Part shown: positions 9,618-20,623 of the stretch, piece after piece
How positions within the stretch are numbered: the stretch's first letter is position 1
Layout: each line of letters starts with the position of its first letter
Notes under the pieces: generated by a model
Databases searched by the model: none
Told to the model about the DNA's origin: nothing
Seen by the model: the letters and a program-made list of their open reading frames with translations, nothing else
Made by a program: the position numbers and the translations under genes
NCBI GenBank assembly: GCA_964592785.1
Contig: CAZQHU010000003.1
Location: forward strand, 3,901 to 67,900
Direction of reading: 5' to 3'
Origin: an uncultured Gammaproteobacteria bacterium
GTDB taxonomy: Bacteria; Patescibacteriota; Patescibacteriia; Magasanikbacterales; UBA922
DNA: 64,000 nt

Positions 9618-9706
9618 CTCTCCGTTCTTTCCCGCCTCCAACCCTCCAGTTCCTTCCCCAGAGTCTTGAATTTATTCAAAATTTTGGAAAAAACTGGAGG
9701 AACATA

Positions 9707-9740
9707 TAAAAACGACCGGATATTCTCCGATCGTTTTTTG
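9707..9740. terminator. Bidirectional intrinsic terminator (A-run, hairpin, T-run)
   Basis: aaaaACGACCGGatattctCCGATCGTtttttt. Confidence 0.5.
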
Positions 9741-9743
9741 ATT

Positions 9744-9810
9744 GTCATCCTGAATTTATTTCAGGATCTTTTATTTTTAAGGGAGATGCTGAAACAAGTT
9801 CAGCATGACA
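9744..9810. repeat. Two-hairpin MITE-like element, copy 1 (GTCATCCTGAAtttaTTCAGGATC ... GATGCTGAAacaagTTCAGCATGAC)
   Basis: Near-identical to the copy at 33606-33698 and to the ends of 51796-51920. It lies immediately after the groEL stop. Confidence 0.75.
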
Positions 9811-9812
9811 TT

Positions 9813-11453
<1,641 letters not shown>

Positions 11454-11566
11454 TTAAAATTTATTAAACTCAAAGTTCAAAACTCAAAATGCAAAATTTA
11501 AACTTCATAACTCAAAACTTTTTAGTTTTTAGTTGTAGTTTTGATTTTTGATATTTGAGTTTTGAG

Positions 11567-11857
11567 TTATTCAATAATAGCTAATATCTTCTCACTCTCA
11601 AGTATTTTATATTCTTCACCCTCAACTTTAACTTCCTCCCCTCCCCATTTTTCAAATAAAACTCGATCACCAACTTTTACTTCCATAGTAGCACGCTCAC
11701 CAGACTCTAATAATTTACCCGGACCAATAGCCACGATTTCACCTTCGGCTTTTTTTTGTTTATCGACTGTATCAGGGAGAACAATCCCAGACGCAGTCAC
11801 TTCTTCCTCCTTGATTGGTTTGACCAAGACTCGGTCACCCAGTGGTTTTATATTCAT
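11567..11857 (-). CDS. groES: Co-chaperonin GroES
   Basis: MNIKPLGDRVLVKP... The track ORF extends upstream through the CIRCE site; the start was trimmed to the conserved MNIKPL. Confidence 0.9.
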   Translation of the reverse strand: MNIKPLGDRVLVKPIKEEEVTASGIVLPDTVDKQKKAEGEIVAIGPGKLLESGERATMEVKVGDRVLFEKWGGEEVKVEGEEYKILESEKILAIIE

Positions 11858-11883
11858 AGGATTAAAAAAATTAAAAATAATTT

Positions 11884-11910
11884 TTATCACTCAATATGTA
11901 GGAGTGATAA
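11884..11910. promoter_or_regulatory. CIRCE-like HrcA operator (TTATCACTC-N9-GAGTGATAA)
   Basis: Perfect inverted repeat with a 9-nt spacer, about 27 nt upstream of groES. The established consensus is TTAGCACTC-N9-GAGTGCTAA. Confidence 0.7.
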
Positions 11911-11921
11911 ATAACTACCTC

Positions 11922-11949
11922 ATTTTACTATAACTAAATACTTTGTCAA
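11922..11949 (-). promoter_or_regulatory. groESL promoter (TTGACA-16-TAAAAT on the minus strand)
   Basis: The minus-strand sequence reads ggtcTTGACAaagtatttagttatagTAAAATgagg just upstream of CIRCE. Confidence 0.55.
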
Positions 11950-11979
11950 GACCTCAAAAAATCCACTTTTCCACAAACT

Positions 11980-12003
11980 AAAATAGCCCAAAAGGCTATT
12001 TTC
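11980..12003. terminator. Bidirectional terminator hairpin
   Basis: aaaaTAGCCcaaaaGGCTAtttt. Confidence 0.45.
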
Positions 12004-12373
12004 TTATCTCCTGCTTGCGGGCTTTCTTGATCCGTCTTTAATGCTATTTGGTCCAAAATAATTCACCCTTACCCTCCTTTTCAAGGGTTAAATTCTCTGG
12101 AACAAAAAAGCCCAAAGTAGGAGACAAGCCCAATATGCCGTCCAGATATGATTTCGTGATGCCTGTCAGTATGCACGAAATCGCTGGCGAACACTATGCG
12201 CCTGCCACCAACTTTAGGCTTTTACCACTTTGTCGCCAAACCCCACCTAAAGTTGGCGACGTCCCTAAGTTGTATCACAGTACCTTCATTATGCCACTAT
12301 CAGAAATTACTGTCAAAAATATTTATCCAAAAAATTTTGGCTAAAATTAGCCAAAGAGTGTATAAACCGTGGA

Positions 12374-13813
12374 TTAACTGGGGAGTTCTTGTGGGTTACT
12401 CTTCAAAATTAGGCCCCAAAAGACAGCTGAAAGTGCCAAACCAACAAAAGAAGAATAAAGATAATGGTCAAAAGACATTAAAACAAGAAAACAAAAAAAC
12501 AAAAAAACAAAATCGGGGAGATTTTTTGTTTTATCGCTTTCTTGATTTTTTGATAAAAAATAAATGATAAATGATACACTCACAAAAACTAACAAGATTA
12601 TCCCCACTATCCCCCCTTCAGCTATAAACAATACCAAAGTATTGTGTACTGGTTGATATTCCCAACCAACGCGAGCAGGGTCTGCGAGATAAGCTGACAG
12701 AGTATAATTCCCCGCCCCCACACCCAAGATCGGTTGTTTTTTAAACAATTGCCAGGCTTCATCATAACCAGAAATTCTCTCAGTAGCAGAACGAACTTCA
12801 GAAATTGATTGTCCGGAAAAACGAGTTTGAACCAACGGAAAATAAATTACTGACAAAATAACAAAACACGTAACGCCAAACACATACCATATAACCTTGA
12901 CTTTTTGATATGTGATATGTGATATGTGATATGTAATAAATAATCCAACCGCTATGGCCAACCAGGCACTTCTACTAAAGGTGAAAAATAATGCAACAAA
13001 CGATAAAAAATAAACAATAAAAAATAAAATATTTCTCATTCCTCGCCCCTCGTTCCTCAAATTAACAATATGACAATGTAACAATGTAACAATCACTACC
13101 ACCAAATACCCACCGAAAATATTCGGATGACTAAAAGGTCCATAAGCTCGGAGCCAACGCCCGATAGTTTCACTTTGAACAATTGAAGTCCCTGCTTGCC
13201 AAGAAGGATGATCCGCCAAACCCAAAAGGGTGCTGGCAAAAGTTGTTTGAGATAAAAACTGCCAAATACCTAAAATTGCTGGAAAAATCGTCCCATAAAT
13301 AAACCATTTAAGCAAATTTTCTTTTTCAAAAGGACCAATAAAAATAATTAAAAATAATAAAATTGCTTCCATCACACGCAGTGATTGTTGGAGAGCCAAA
13401 GATTTATCACTAGACCAGACGATAGATAATAAATTATAGACGATAAATAATAAACAAGTGAATAAAAATATTCTGTCTTTCGTCAAACTAAATTTCTTAA
13501 TTTCCAAATTTCTTAATTTTCTCTCTTTCCAAAACCAAACAATAAACAAAACAACAATTACCCAAAGTAAAATCTCCGTCCCACAAAAACCCAAAGTTCC
13601 ATATTCCCATTTCACCCCATTCAAAAAAGATTCCCGATAAATCCAAATCGTTTGCCAAGGCAAAACAAAAAGAAATAAGTAAGTTAAGAACTGTATTATT
13701 TTTTCTAATTTTAATTGTATATTTAATTTTTCTAACACAATACTTAATTTGAAATTTATAATTTTTAATTTAAAAACAATTTTAAATATTAAAATATTGT
13801 TTAAAAATTTCAA
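12374..13813 (-). CDS. O-antigen ligase / Wzy-like polytopic membrane protein; contains (tgatatg)x4
   Basis: More than 10 TM helices and a FTFSRSAWLA motif typical of the Wzy_C/O-antigen ligase family. Confidence 0.6.
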   Translation of the reverse strand: MKFLNNILIFKIVFKLKIINFKLSIVLEKLNIQLKLEKIIQFLTYLFLFVLPWQTIWIYRESFLNGVKWEYGTLGFCGTEILLWVIVVLFIVWFWKERKLRNLEIKKFSLTKDRIFLFTCLLFIVYNLLSIVWSSDKSLALQQSLRVMEAILLFLIIFIGPFEKENLLKWFIYGTIFPAILGIWQFLSQTTFASTLLGLADHPSWQAGTSIVQSETIGRWLRAYGPFSHPNIFGGYLVVVIVTLLHCHIVNLRNEGRGMRNILFFIVYFLSFVALFFTFSRSAWLAIAVGLFITYHISHITYQKVKVIWYVFGVTCFVILSVIYFPLVQTRFSGQSISEVRSATERISGYDEAWQLFKKQPILGVGAGNYTLSAYLADPARVGWEYQPVHNTLVLFIAEGGIVGIILLVFVSVSFIIYFLSKNQESDKTKNLPDFVFLFFCFLVLMSFDHYLYSSFVGLALSAVFWGLILKSNPQELPS

Positions 13814-13821
13814 ATTAAAAA

Positions 13822-14754
13822 TTAAAAAATCTTTTTACACTTCTCCAACCACTTATCTCTATACTCTTCCCTTTTGTCTTTCTCATGAAACTTGAGTATT
13901 GAATCGGAAACAACCACTCGTGTATCATTAGCATTTTGTACGCTTGTATAATTCAGTTTCATTTTGGCCAACTGTGCTCCCTTAGCCTGCTTCTCCAGTA
14001 AATTTCCATATTCTCCACCCCACATTTTCTCTATTAACCCCTTAAACCACTTTCCACTTTCCACTTTCCACTTTCCACTTTCCACATTTTTCAATCCATT
14101 CACCAAATATTTATTCACCCAACCATTAGCTCGCAAAACATCCTCGTGCAAATCATCTGGATCGTAGACTGGAATTAAATTATTCAACCAATTAACCAAA
14201 TAAATGTCATCTTTGATGGCGATCTTCTCTAAATTCAAATTATCATCAGCTAAATAAAAACTCAAACAAATTTTGTTATTTATTTTCTTCTTGGTACGGC
14301 GTAAACGGAACAAACTTAAGACTAAAACCGACAATACCCGCACCAAAAATATCCGCCCTTTTCTTGCAATAATCAAAATATCAATATCACTATCTTTGTC
14401 AGCTGTCCCCATGGCGACAGTATTGCAAACAAAAACCGCACGTACAAAAGGTATAGCAAATAACTTTTTAATTCCTCGCTTGGCGATCTTCATTTTCTTT
14501 TCTATCCATTTTACTTTATTCTGACGCACCGCGACTACTTCTTCCTGACCTGGCAAGAAATAAAACCCCCGGCTTTGCTCCACTACACCGTGCAAGCTGT
14601 CCAACTGAATCAAAAACTCAGTATAATCTAATTTAAAATCAGTATAATCAGTGTATAAAAACCGCCACAATTCTTCTTTTGTCAAAGGATATTCAAAAAT
14701 ATCCCAATAGGCCAAAGTTTGTAAAATTGATTTTTGTAGTTTTTCTTGTTCCAT
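13822..14754 (-). CDS. Nucleotidyltransferase-fold protein; contains (tttccac)x5
   Basis: GTADKDSDIDILII motif, characteristic of the Pol-beta-type NTase fold. Confidence 0.5.
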   Translation of the reverse strand: MEQEKLQKSILQTLAYWDIFEYPLTKEELWRFLYTDYTDFKLDYTEFLIQLDSLHGVVEQSRGFYFLPGQEEVVAVRQNKVKWIEKKMKIAKRGIKKLFAIPFVRAVFVCNTVAMGTADKDSDIDILIIARKGRIFLVRVLSVLVLSLFRLRRTKKKINNKICLSFYLADDNLNLEKIAIKDDIYLVNWLNNLIPVYDPDDLHEDVLRANGWVNKYLVNGLKNVESGKWKVESGKWFKGLIEKMWGGEYGNLLEKQAKGAQLAKMKLNYTSVQNANDTRVVVSDSILKFHEKDKREEYRDKWLEKCKKIF

Positions 14755-14842
14755 AACCTCACTATTCTATAACAAATCAAATAAAAACAAAAGACGCGTA
14801 TCCGCGTCTTTGTAAAATTTCTAAATTTCCTAATTTCTGAAT

Positions 14843-15154
14843 TTATTCACTCATCATTGTCACTTTGTCCTGAGCTACGCCGAAGGGTTCTGGCTCAGCT
14901 ACCACTTTCTCTTTTTCTTTTTCTTCTTTCTCACTCTCTCCAACGACAGTGTCTTCAACAATCATCTTTTCTTCATTAATATTCAAAACCTCCTCCCGAC
15001 TGACTAAATATTTTTTTCCTACTAATTTTCCAACTTCATACTGTAAAATATTCTGTCCTTCTGTTTCTAAAATCAAATCCTGAACTTTTCCCAAAATCAC
15101 ACCAGACTTAGTCTGTACCTCCAACTTTTTCAAATGTACCAAACTAATTCGCAT
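14843..15154 (-). CDS. PRC-barrel domain protein with an acidic C-terminal tail
   Basis: ORF track; YlmC/YmxH-like sequence pattern. Confidence 0.45.
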   Translation of the reverse strand: MRISLVHLKKLEVQTKSGVILGKVQDLILETEGQNILQYEVGKLVGKKYLVSREEVLNINEEKMIVEDTVVGESEKEEKEKEKVVAEPEPFGVAQDKVTMMSE

Positions 15155-15199
15155 ACTTTATAACTTTATGGACTTTATAAACTTGATAGACTTTCCATT

Positions 15200-15952
15200 C
15201 TACTCCACCTTCCCCTCAATCACAGTATTATCTTTCACTTTATTTCCACCATTCTTTTTGAACACTAATAATTGCTGTAAAGCAGTAAGCAAAGTGGACA
15301 AAAACCAATACAAGGTCAGACCAGCTGGAAGTTGAGCACCGATAAAAATTGTCAAAACCGGCATAAAATAAAGCATTTGTTTATTCATCATGGCCATCAT
15401 CCCCTCATCTTTAGCGCCAACTCCCGCTTCTTTGGGGGGTTGTTTTCTCATCATCATCTTGGCTTGCCACCATTGGGCCACGCCAGCCAAAACTGCCAAA
15501 ATGATACTAGCTTTTCCAAGTTCTACAAAACCCAAACTCATGGTCTTGATCATTTCTGGATTTTTTACAAAAGGATAGAGTAATTCAAAATTATTACTAG
15601 TCAAGCCTCTTTGTAAAACATAGTACAGCGCAATCAAAATCGGCAATTGAATCAAAAGAGGCAAACAAGAAGCAAAAGGATTTACCTGATTTTCTTTATA
15701 AAGTTTCATGGTTTCTTGAGCAATCAATTGTTGATTGCCAGCATGTTTCTTTTTTATCTCTTCCAACTTTGGCTGAAGTTCAGTCAAAGCCTTTTGTGAT
15801 TTTATAGACTTGGCGTTTAGAGGATACAGAATAAGCTTGATCAAAACAGTTATTATTAAAATAACTACGCCCACATCGGGAATTAAATTGTATAAAGCCA
15901 CAAAAGCATTGAAAATCGGCTGATAAAGTATGGTGGTAAAAAATTCGGTCAT
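15200..15952 (-). CDS. yidC: Membrane protein insertase YidC (short form)
   Basis: Conserved YidC/Oxa1 core (NPFASCLPLLIQLPILIALYYVL). Confidence 0.85.
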   Translation of the reverse strand: MTEFFTTILYQPIFNAFVALYNLIPDVGVVILIITVLIKLILYPLNAKSIKSQKALTELQPKLEEIKKKHAGNQQLIAQETMKLYKENQVNPFASCLPLLIQLPILIALYYVLQRGLTSNNFELLYPFVKNPEMIKTMSLGFVELGKASIILAVLAGVAQWWQAKMMMRKQPPKEAGVGAKDEGMMAMMNKQMLYFMPVLTIFIGAQLPAGLTLYWFLSTLLTALQQLLVFKKNGGNKVKDNTVIEGKVE

Positions 15953-16012
15953 AACATCTTAAATTAACAAATTTATTAAGTTTAACAATTATAACAAATT
16001 AGCTATTAATTA

Positions 16013-16732
16013 TCAAGATCGGTCCCAAAGATGATTGAACATTGCTTTTTCCATGTCAATTAGTTCTTTACTTTCAATTACTACACACACCAAATCACCA
16101 GTAAAAGAAAACATCGCTACTTTATTTTTCCAAATATATTTCACACCATGAAAAGAATAAACTGATGGAACAATTTTTACTTGTCGTAAATGTTTCTGCC
16201 CAAGAGCCTGCCTTTTCTTTGCCAGTTCGGATTCTTCCAAAATAACACGTAGAGGAATTTTATTTTTTATTCTTTTTTCTACAAATTTATGAAAAGATTC
16301 CAATTCCCTAAATAAATCGTCGGCAGATCCAAATGCCAAAAGAATATCTGCCTCATCCAAAATTTCTTCCAAAATTAATTTCATTTCATCTTTACCTTGA
16401 TAAAATCTCACAGTCGGTCTTTTGCGAAATTGCCCAGCAATCGCATTTAACTGCGGTAAAACATCACGTAAAATATTAACTTTGCTTTCAGCCAAACGTA
16501 CTATTTGTGCTGGATCCTCGGCTGAAAAATATTTTATTTTCTTTTTATTAAAAGTGGAAACAAAACCCTCATGTGACAAATGTTCCAAAATTTCATAAAC
16601 AGTGGAACGTGGCAACCCAGCTTTGGCGGATATTTTTACCACCGATGCCGAACCCAATTCTAAACAAGCCAAATATACTTTAGCTTGTTTTTCTGACAAA
16701 CCATAGGATTGGAGTATTTTAGACAGGTTCAT
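16013..16732 (-). CDS. TrmB-family HTH transcriptional regulator
   Basis: N-terminal TrmB-like HTH (LSEKQAKVYLACLELGSASVVKISAKAGLPRSTVYEILEHL). Confidence 0.6.
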   Translation of the reverse strand: MNLSKILQSYGLSEKQAKVYLACLELGSASVVKISAKAGLPRSTVYEILEHLSHEGFVSTFNKKKIKYFSAEDPAQIVRLAESKVNILRDVLPQLNAIAGQFRKRPTVRFYQGKDEMKLILEEILDEADILLAFGSADDLFRELESFHKFVEKRIKNKIPLRVILEESELAKKRQALGQKHLRQVKIVPSVYSFHGVKYIWKNKVAMFSFTGDLVCVVIESKELIDMEKAMFNHLWDRS

Positions 16733-16740
16733 ATTTTAAA

Positions 16741-17225
16741 TCCCCTCTAGAGAGGGGTGGCTCCGACGTCGCAGTCGGAGACGGGGTGTGTTACCGTTGG
16801 TTAGTGATATAATTTTCTATTGTATAAAGTACTGATTCAATATTTTTTCTTACTTCAGTTTCTGTAAATCTTAAAAATTTTAGGCCTTTATTTTCTAAAA
16901 ACTCTTGTCTCTGTTTATCGTAATCTGACTTCATATCATGACTAGCAAAACCATCTATTTCTATTGCTAACATTAATTTGGGGCAATAAAAGTCTACAAT
17001 ATAGTTGTGGATTGATTTTTGACGATGAAAGTCAAAACCCAACATTTGTTTATTTTTTAAATATTTCCAGAGTATTACTTCGCCTAGTGTGGAATGTTTG
17101 CGTAGTTCCCGGGCCTTTTGTTTTAATGATTGTTGGTAGTTAATAACTGGCATAATTTTGCAAACCACGGTCACACACCCCGCCCGCTCGAGCGGGCACC
17201 CCTCTCTAGAGGGGATTTTGTCGGT
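16741..17225. mobile_element. Putative mini mobile element: a DUF559 endonuclease gene flanked by about 55-bp structured terminal inverted repeats
   Basis: Left TIR (16742-16796): CCCCTCTAGAGAGGGGTG-[hairpin gctccgacgtcgcagtcggagac]-GGGGTGTGTTACCGTTGG. Right TIR (17163-17217, reverse complement): CCCCTCTAGAGAGGGGTG-[hairpin cccgctcgagcgggc]-GGGGTGTGTGACCGTGG. Confidence 0.6.
16791..17153 (-). CDS. DUF559 endonuclease-like protein (Vsr/restriction-endonuclease-like fold)
   Basis: GFDFHRQKSIHNYIVDFYCPKLMLAIEIDG...EFLENKGLKFLRF is typical DUF559. The ATG start MPVINYQQ was chosen; the track's GTG start lies inside the TIR. The stop codon is supplied by the inner end of the left TIR. Confidence 0.75.
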   Translation of the reverse strand: MPVINYQQSLKQKARELRKHSTLGEVILWKYLKNKQMLGFDFHRQKSIHNYIVDFYCPKLMLAIEIDGFASHDMKSDYDKQRQEFLENKGLKFLRFTETEVRKNIESVLYTIENYITNQR

Positions 17226-17390
17226 ATTTCCGACGTTTTTTTTATAGATAAATTATAGCATATTCAAGCTATTTTGTCAAGAGTGTTGATAACATTTAGA
17301 CAGAAATAGTGACAAGTTTTAAAAAATTTAATAAACTTTTCTATTCAGCTTAGGGCTGAATAAACGTTCCTTACAACGCAACCAAAAAGC

Positions 17391-17906
17391 ATGGAGGAAA
17401 CCATGGACAGAAACCAACTTCTCAAAAAGATCCAAACAAAGCTTCAAGAAGAAAGAAGCAAAAAAGAAAAAAGGGCTTTGTGGTTGAAATTGTTCAAGGC
17501 TTGTCGATGCCACCGAACTGATTTCATAGATCCAGAATATTTTCCCATCCATGATGAAGAAGGCGAATTCACCGAAAGAGACATACGCCCATATGTTGAG
17601 GAGTATGCCTTCCTCAATCCAGTCACTGGCTATGAAGCCGTTGAACAACTTCTAAAAGGAGGATATTATCTGCTTGAGATGAGGGACGGCCTACTCTACA
17701 TCGGACAGAAGCCCGAAGCAATTGAAAAGCATGAGCTGATAATCATCGGAGCGGTACGCGAAACTGATGATTACATGGCAGTCCCTATTTTCCGTACATC
17801 CAAGATCTTCAGAAGGCGCATAGCTGATTACTATTTCCTCCACTACACTTTCGACACCAACTGTCGCTTTTTGGTCTTCAAAGACAGGACCAGAACTAAT
17901 CCGTAG
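17391..17906 (+). CDS. Hypothetical protein, about 45% GC; possible cassette g
   Basis: GGAGG lies 4 nt upstream of the second ATG (17403). GC-rich palindromic mini-hairpins follow the stop. Confidence 0.5.
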   Translation: MEETMDRNQLLKKIQTKLQEERSKKEKRALWLKLFKACRCHRTDFIDPEYFPIHDEEGEFTERDIRPYVEEYAFLNPVTGYEAVEQLLKGGYYLLEMRDGLLYIGQKPEAIEKHELIIIGAVRETDDYMAVPIFRTSKIFRRRIADYYFLHYTFDTNCRFLVFKDRTRTNP

Positions 17907-18138
17907 CCCTCCACCCCGGCTGGCAGGGCCGTTCTCTCTGCCATTCCCACTCACCCCCCTTAATAAAGGGGGGCGAGGGGGGATGTTGACCAATATCCCT
18001 CCTAACCTCCCTTTACTAAGGGAGGAACCATGACCATCAAAAAACTCCCCCAACCTCTTAGTAAGAGGGGGACAATAAAACCGCCCTCACGGACGGTTTT
18101 AACTTATTAAACTTAGTTACTTAGTCAACTTAAAAAAC

Positions 18139-19434
18139 TTACTCCTCTTTATCCTGAGCGTCAGTCGAAGGATTTTCCTCAACAACTTCATCCACAACTG
18201 GCTCTACAGTTTCACTGGGCTTTTCTTCCAATACTTCCTCTACTTTTTCAACTTCGTCTTCACTACTTATCACTTTTTCTTCATTACCTTGCTCTACCAC
18301 ATTGATTTTCCAACCAGTGAGCTCAGCCGCCAAACGGACATTGGCGCCACCACGACCAATGGCCAAAGAAAATTGATCGGAAACAACATTAACTGTCGCT
18401 TCTTGTGTTTTTTCATCCAATTCCACACTTTCCACCTTGGCAGGAGAAAGTGCATGTTTGATGTATTCTTCTGTTTTTTCACTGTATTGAATAATATCTA
18501 TTTTTTCTCCACCCAATTCTTCAATAATAGTATTGATACGACTACCACGTTGACCAATACAAGAACCGATTGGATCAATAGACTCATCATCAGTGGCTAC
18601 TGCCACTTTGGAGCGTACTCCAGCTTCACGAGCAATACCCTTGATCACCACTGAACCAGAAGCAATCTCTGGAATTTCCTGAGCAAAAATAGCTTCCACC
18701 ATTTTGGGAGTAGCGCGAGATAAAATAATTTCCAAACCACGAGTGCCCATATTAACAGCCGAAATATAAAAACGCATTCTTGCTCCTGGACGATACATTT
18801 CACGCTGAATTTGTTCACTTACTGGCACCAAAGCCGTGGTTTTACCAAGATCAATAATAATTGCACCAGTTTTATCACGACGTTGCACCGTGCCCTGAAT
18901 TGTCTCGCCCACTTGTTCTTTCAATTCATCATAAACTGTACTGCGTTCAGCTTCACGCAAGCGCTGGATAATAACCTGCTTGGCGGTTTGTGCAGCCATA
19001 CGACCAAATTCCCCAGGAACTTCAAGGGGTATTTCCATAGTCTCACCTACTTTGACTTTCTTATCTATAGCTTTGGCTTCGGTAATCATCAACTGGGTTT
19101 TGGGATTGAAACGAGCCAAGTCGGCCATTTCTTCTTCTTCCAACTCTCGCCCTTCGGCATGAGCTTTTTCCCTACGAACGTTTAATTCTTCTTGATCGCG
19201 TTCCAATTTTTCCGGATCAATATCTTCTACTATTTCCTTGATATCCCAAGCTTTCATATCCTGAGTTTCTGGATCATATTTGACTTTGATATTTTGCTGA
19301 CGATTGCCAAAATCCTTGCGATAGGCGGCTGCGAGTGCTGCTTCAATAGACTCCAAAACTGCTTCATAAGTAAGACCTTTCTCAGCGCAAATGGCTTGAA
19401 TGGCTTTGGTGATTTCTGACATAGGATTATTCAT
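18139..19434 (-). CDS. nusA: Transcription termination/antitermination factor NusA
   Basis: NusA N-terminal, S1 and KH regions, plus an acidic C-terminal tail. Confidence 0.9.
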   Translation of the reverse strand: MNNPMSEITKAIQAICAEKGLTYEAVLESIEAALAAAYRKDFGNRQQNIKVKYDPETQDMKAWDIKEIVEDIDPEKLERDQEELNVRREKAHAEGRELEEEEMADLARFNPKTQLMITEAKAIDKKVKVGETMEIPLEVPGEFGRMAAQTAKQVIIQRLREAERSTVYDELKEQVGETIQGTVQRRDKTGAIIIDLGKTTALVPVSEQIQREMYRPGARMRFYISAVNMGTRGLEIILSRATPKMVEAIFAQEIPEIASGSVVIKGIAREAGVRSKVAVATDDESIDPIGSCIGQRGSRINTIIEELGGEKIDIIQYSEKTEEYIKHALSPAKVESVELDEKTQEATVNVVSDQFSLAIGRGGANVRLAAELTGWKINVVEQGNEEKVISSEDEVEKVEEVLEEKPSETVEPVVDEVVEENPSTDAQDKEE

Positions 19435-19623
19435 TCCGAGCGTAGCGAGGAATCTTTATTACCTCGTACTCTCTAAAAAAATTAAAATATTGAATTAAAA
19501 ATAAATTATTTTAGGAAGGATTTCTCACCCCGACCTGAATCAGGATTCGGAATGACCTAAAAATAAAAGCAGCATTTATAATGCTACCTAACAAAGATAT
19601 TATAACACAAGTAAATTTATTTG

Positions 19624-20622
19624 TCAAGGATTAAAAACTTTCAACTTTTTGTTTTGGTAATCTCCTATCAATACGCCCCTAACTTCTAATCTTTTTGCTT
19701 TCTTCAAAATATCGGCAAAATTTTTATCATTTAAACTCAAACGCTTTAATTTTTTATTTTCCAAATATAGTGGATCCAGATAACGAAATTTTTTTCTTAA
19801 AATTTTCTTTCTTTCTTCAACGGTAAAAAATAATTTCTTTTTACCCGATAACATAGAAAAAATAAACTCAATATCTGCATCTTTGGCTTGATAAATTTTT
19901 CCCATTATTTCTTGATCAAACCCCCAAAAATCCTGCCAACTGATAATTTTCTTATCCAAAGCAATCCTAATGGCCTTGGCAAATAAATAATAAACAACCA
20001 CATGCTTTGGTTCTCCCCAATATTCTCGCTGACATTTCAAAAAATCTTTAGCAAAAACCTGAGCTGCTTTTTTATTTTTCAAAACCACCCGACCATGACG
20101 GGCTGTTAAATTTTTTAAAATCAATTCAATATGTCCTGGAGCCAACCAATAAAAAATTTCCTCAAGAGAATATTCTATTCTATCAACACAAAGGCTTGGT
20201 AAATGACTTTCCAATAAAGTGAAATTTTTTTCTTCTGCCAAACGTCGCCAATCGTAGTGATACTTTTTCAAAATAGAAGGCAATTCTGAATTTTTAAAAA
20301 AATTAAGATGTGCTCTATCCTGATGATCCTCTCTTTGGCTATTATCATGAACCCAATCTATAATATGTGAAAAAGCTGAATGAGAAACATCATGAAGCAA
20401 ACCAGCCACTTGCTCTTCTATACTAGCCCCCAGACGACGAAGTAAGAGCATTACTCCCAAAGAATGTTGAAATCTAGAAAAACCTTTTTTTGAATCAAAT
20501 TCTTGTGGTAAACCGTGTTGAGAAATGCCTTTCAATCTTTGCACACTGGGAGAATTGATCAGATCCAACAAAATTGTCTCTTTGATATTGTATTTTCCGT
20601 AAATTTTATGACTAACAATCAT
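19624..20622 (-). CDS. HD-domain phosphohydrolase
   Basis: LLHDVSHSAFSH motif. Start trimmed to the internal Met to avoid a 56-nt overlap with yraN. Confidence 0.6.
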   Translation of the reverse strand: MIVSHKIYGKYNIKETILLDLINSPSVQRLKGISQHGLPQEFDSKKGFSRFQHSLGVMLLLRRLGASIEEQVAGLLHDVSHSAFSHIIDWVHDNSQREDHQDRAHLNFFKNSELPSILKKYHYDWRRLAEEKNFTLLESHLPSLCVDRIEYSLEEIFYWLAPGHIELILKNLTARHGRVVLKNKKAAQVFAKDFLKCQREYWGEPKHVVVYYLFAKAIRIALDKKIISWQDFWGFDQEIMGKIYQAKDADIEFIFSMLSGKKKLFFTVEERKKILRKKFRYLDPLYLENKKLKRLSLNDKNFADILKKAKRLEVRGVLIGDYQNKKLKVFNP

Positions 20623-20623
20623 A

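Noticed and set aside
9424-9669. 81-aa track ORF (MTTKLFYV...) or 70-aa frame from ATG 9457 as the product of cassette a
   Set aside because: No SD, and a Pro/Ser/Arg-rich low-complexity product. The 45-aa frame with GAAGGAG-N6-ATG is preferred, but it remains low confidence.
12048-12567. 98-aa and 123-aa plus-strand ORFs upstream of groES
   Set aside because: Both need TTG starts, lack an SD, and lie in a hairpin-rich non-coding-looking stretch. Reported instead as a possible ncRNA or remnant.
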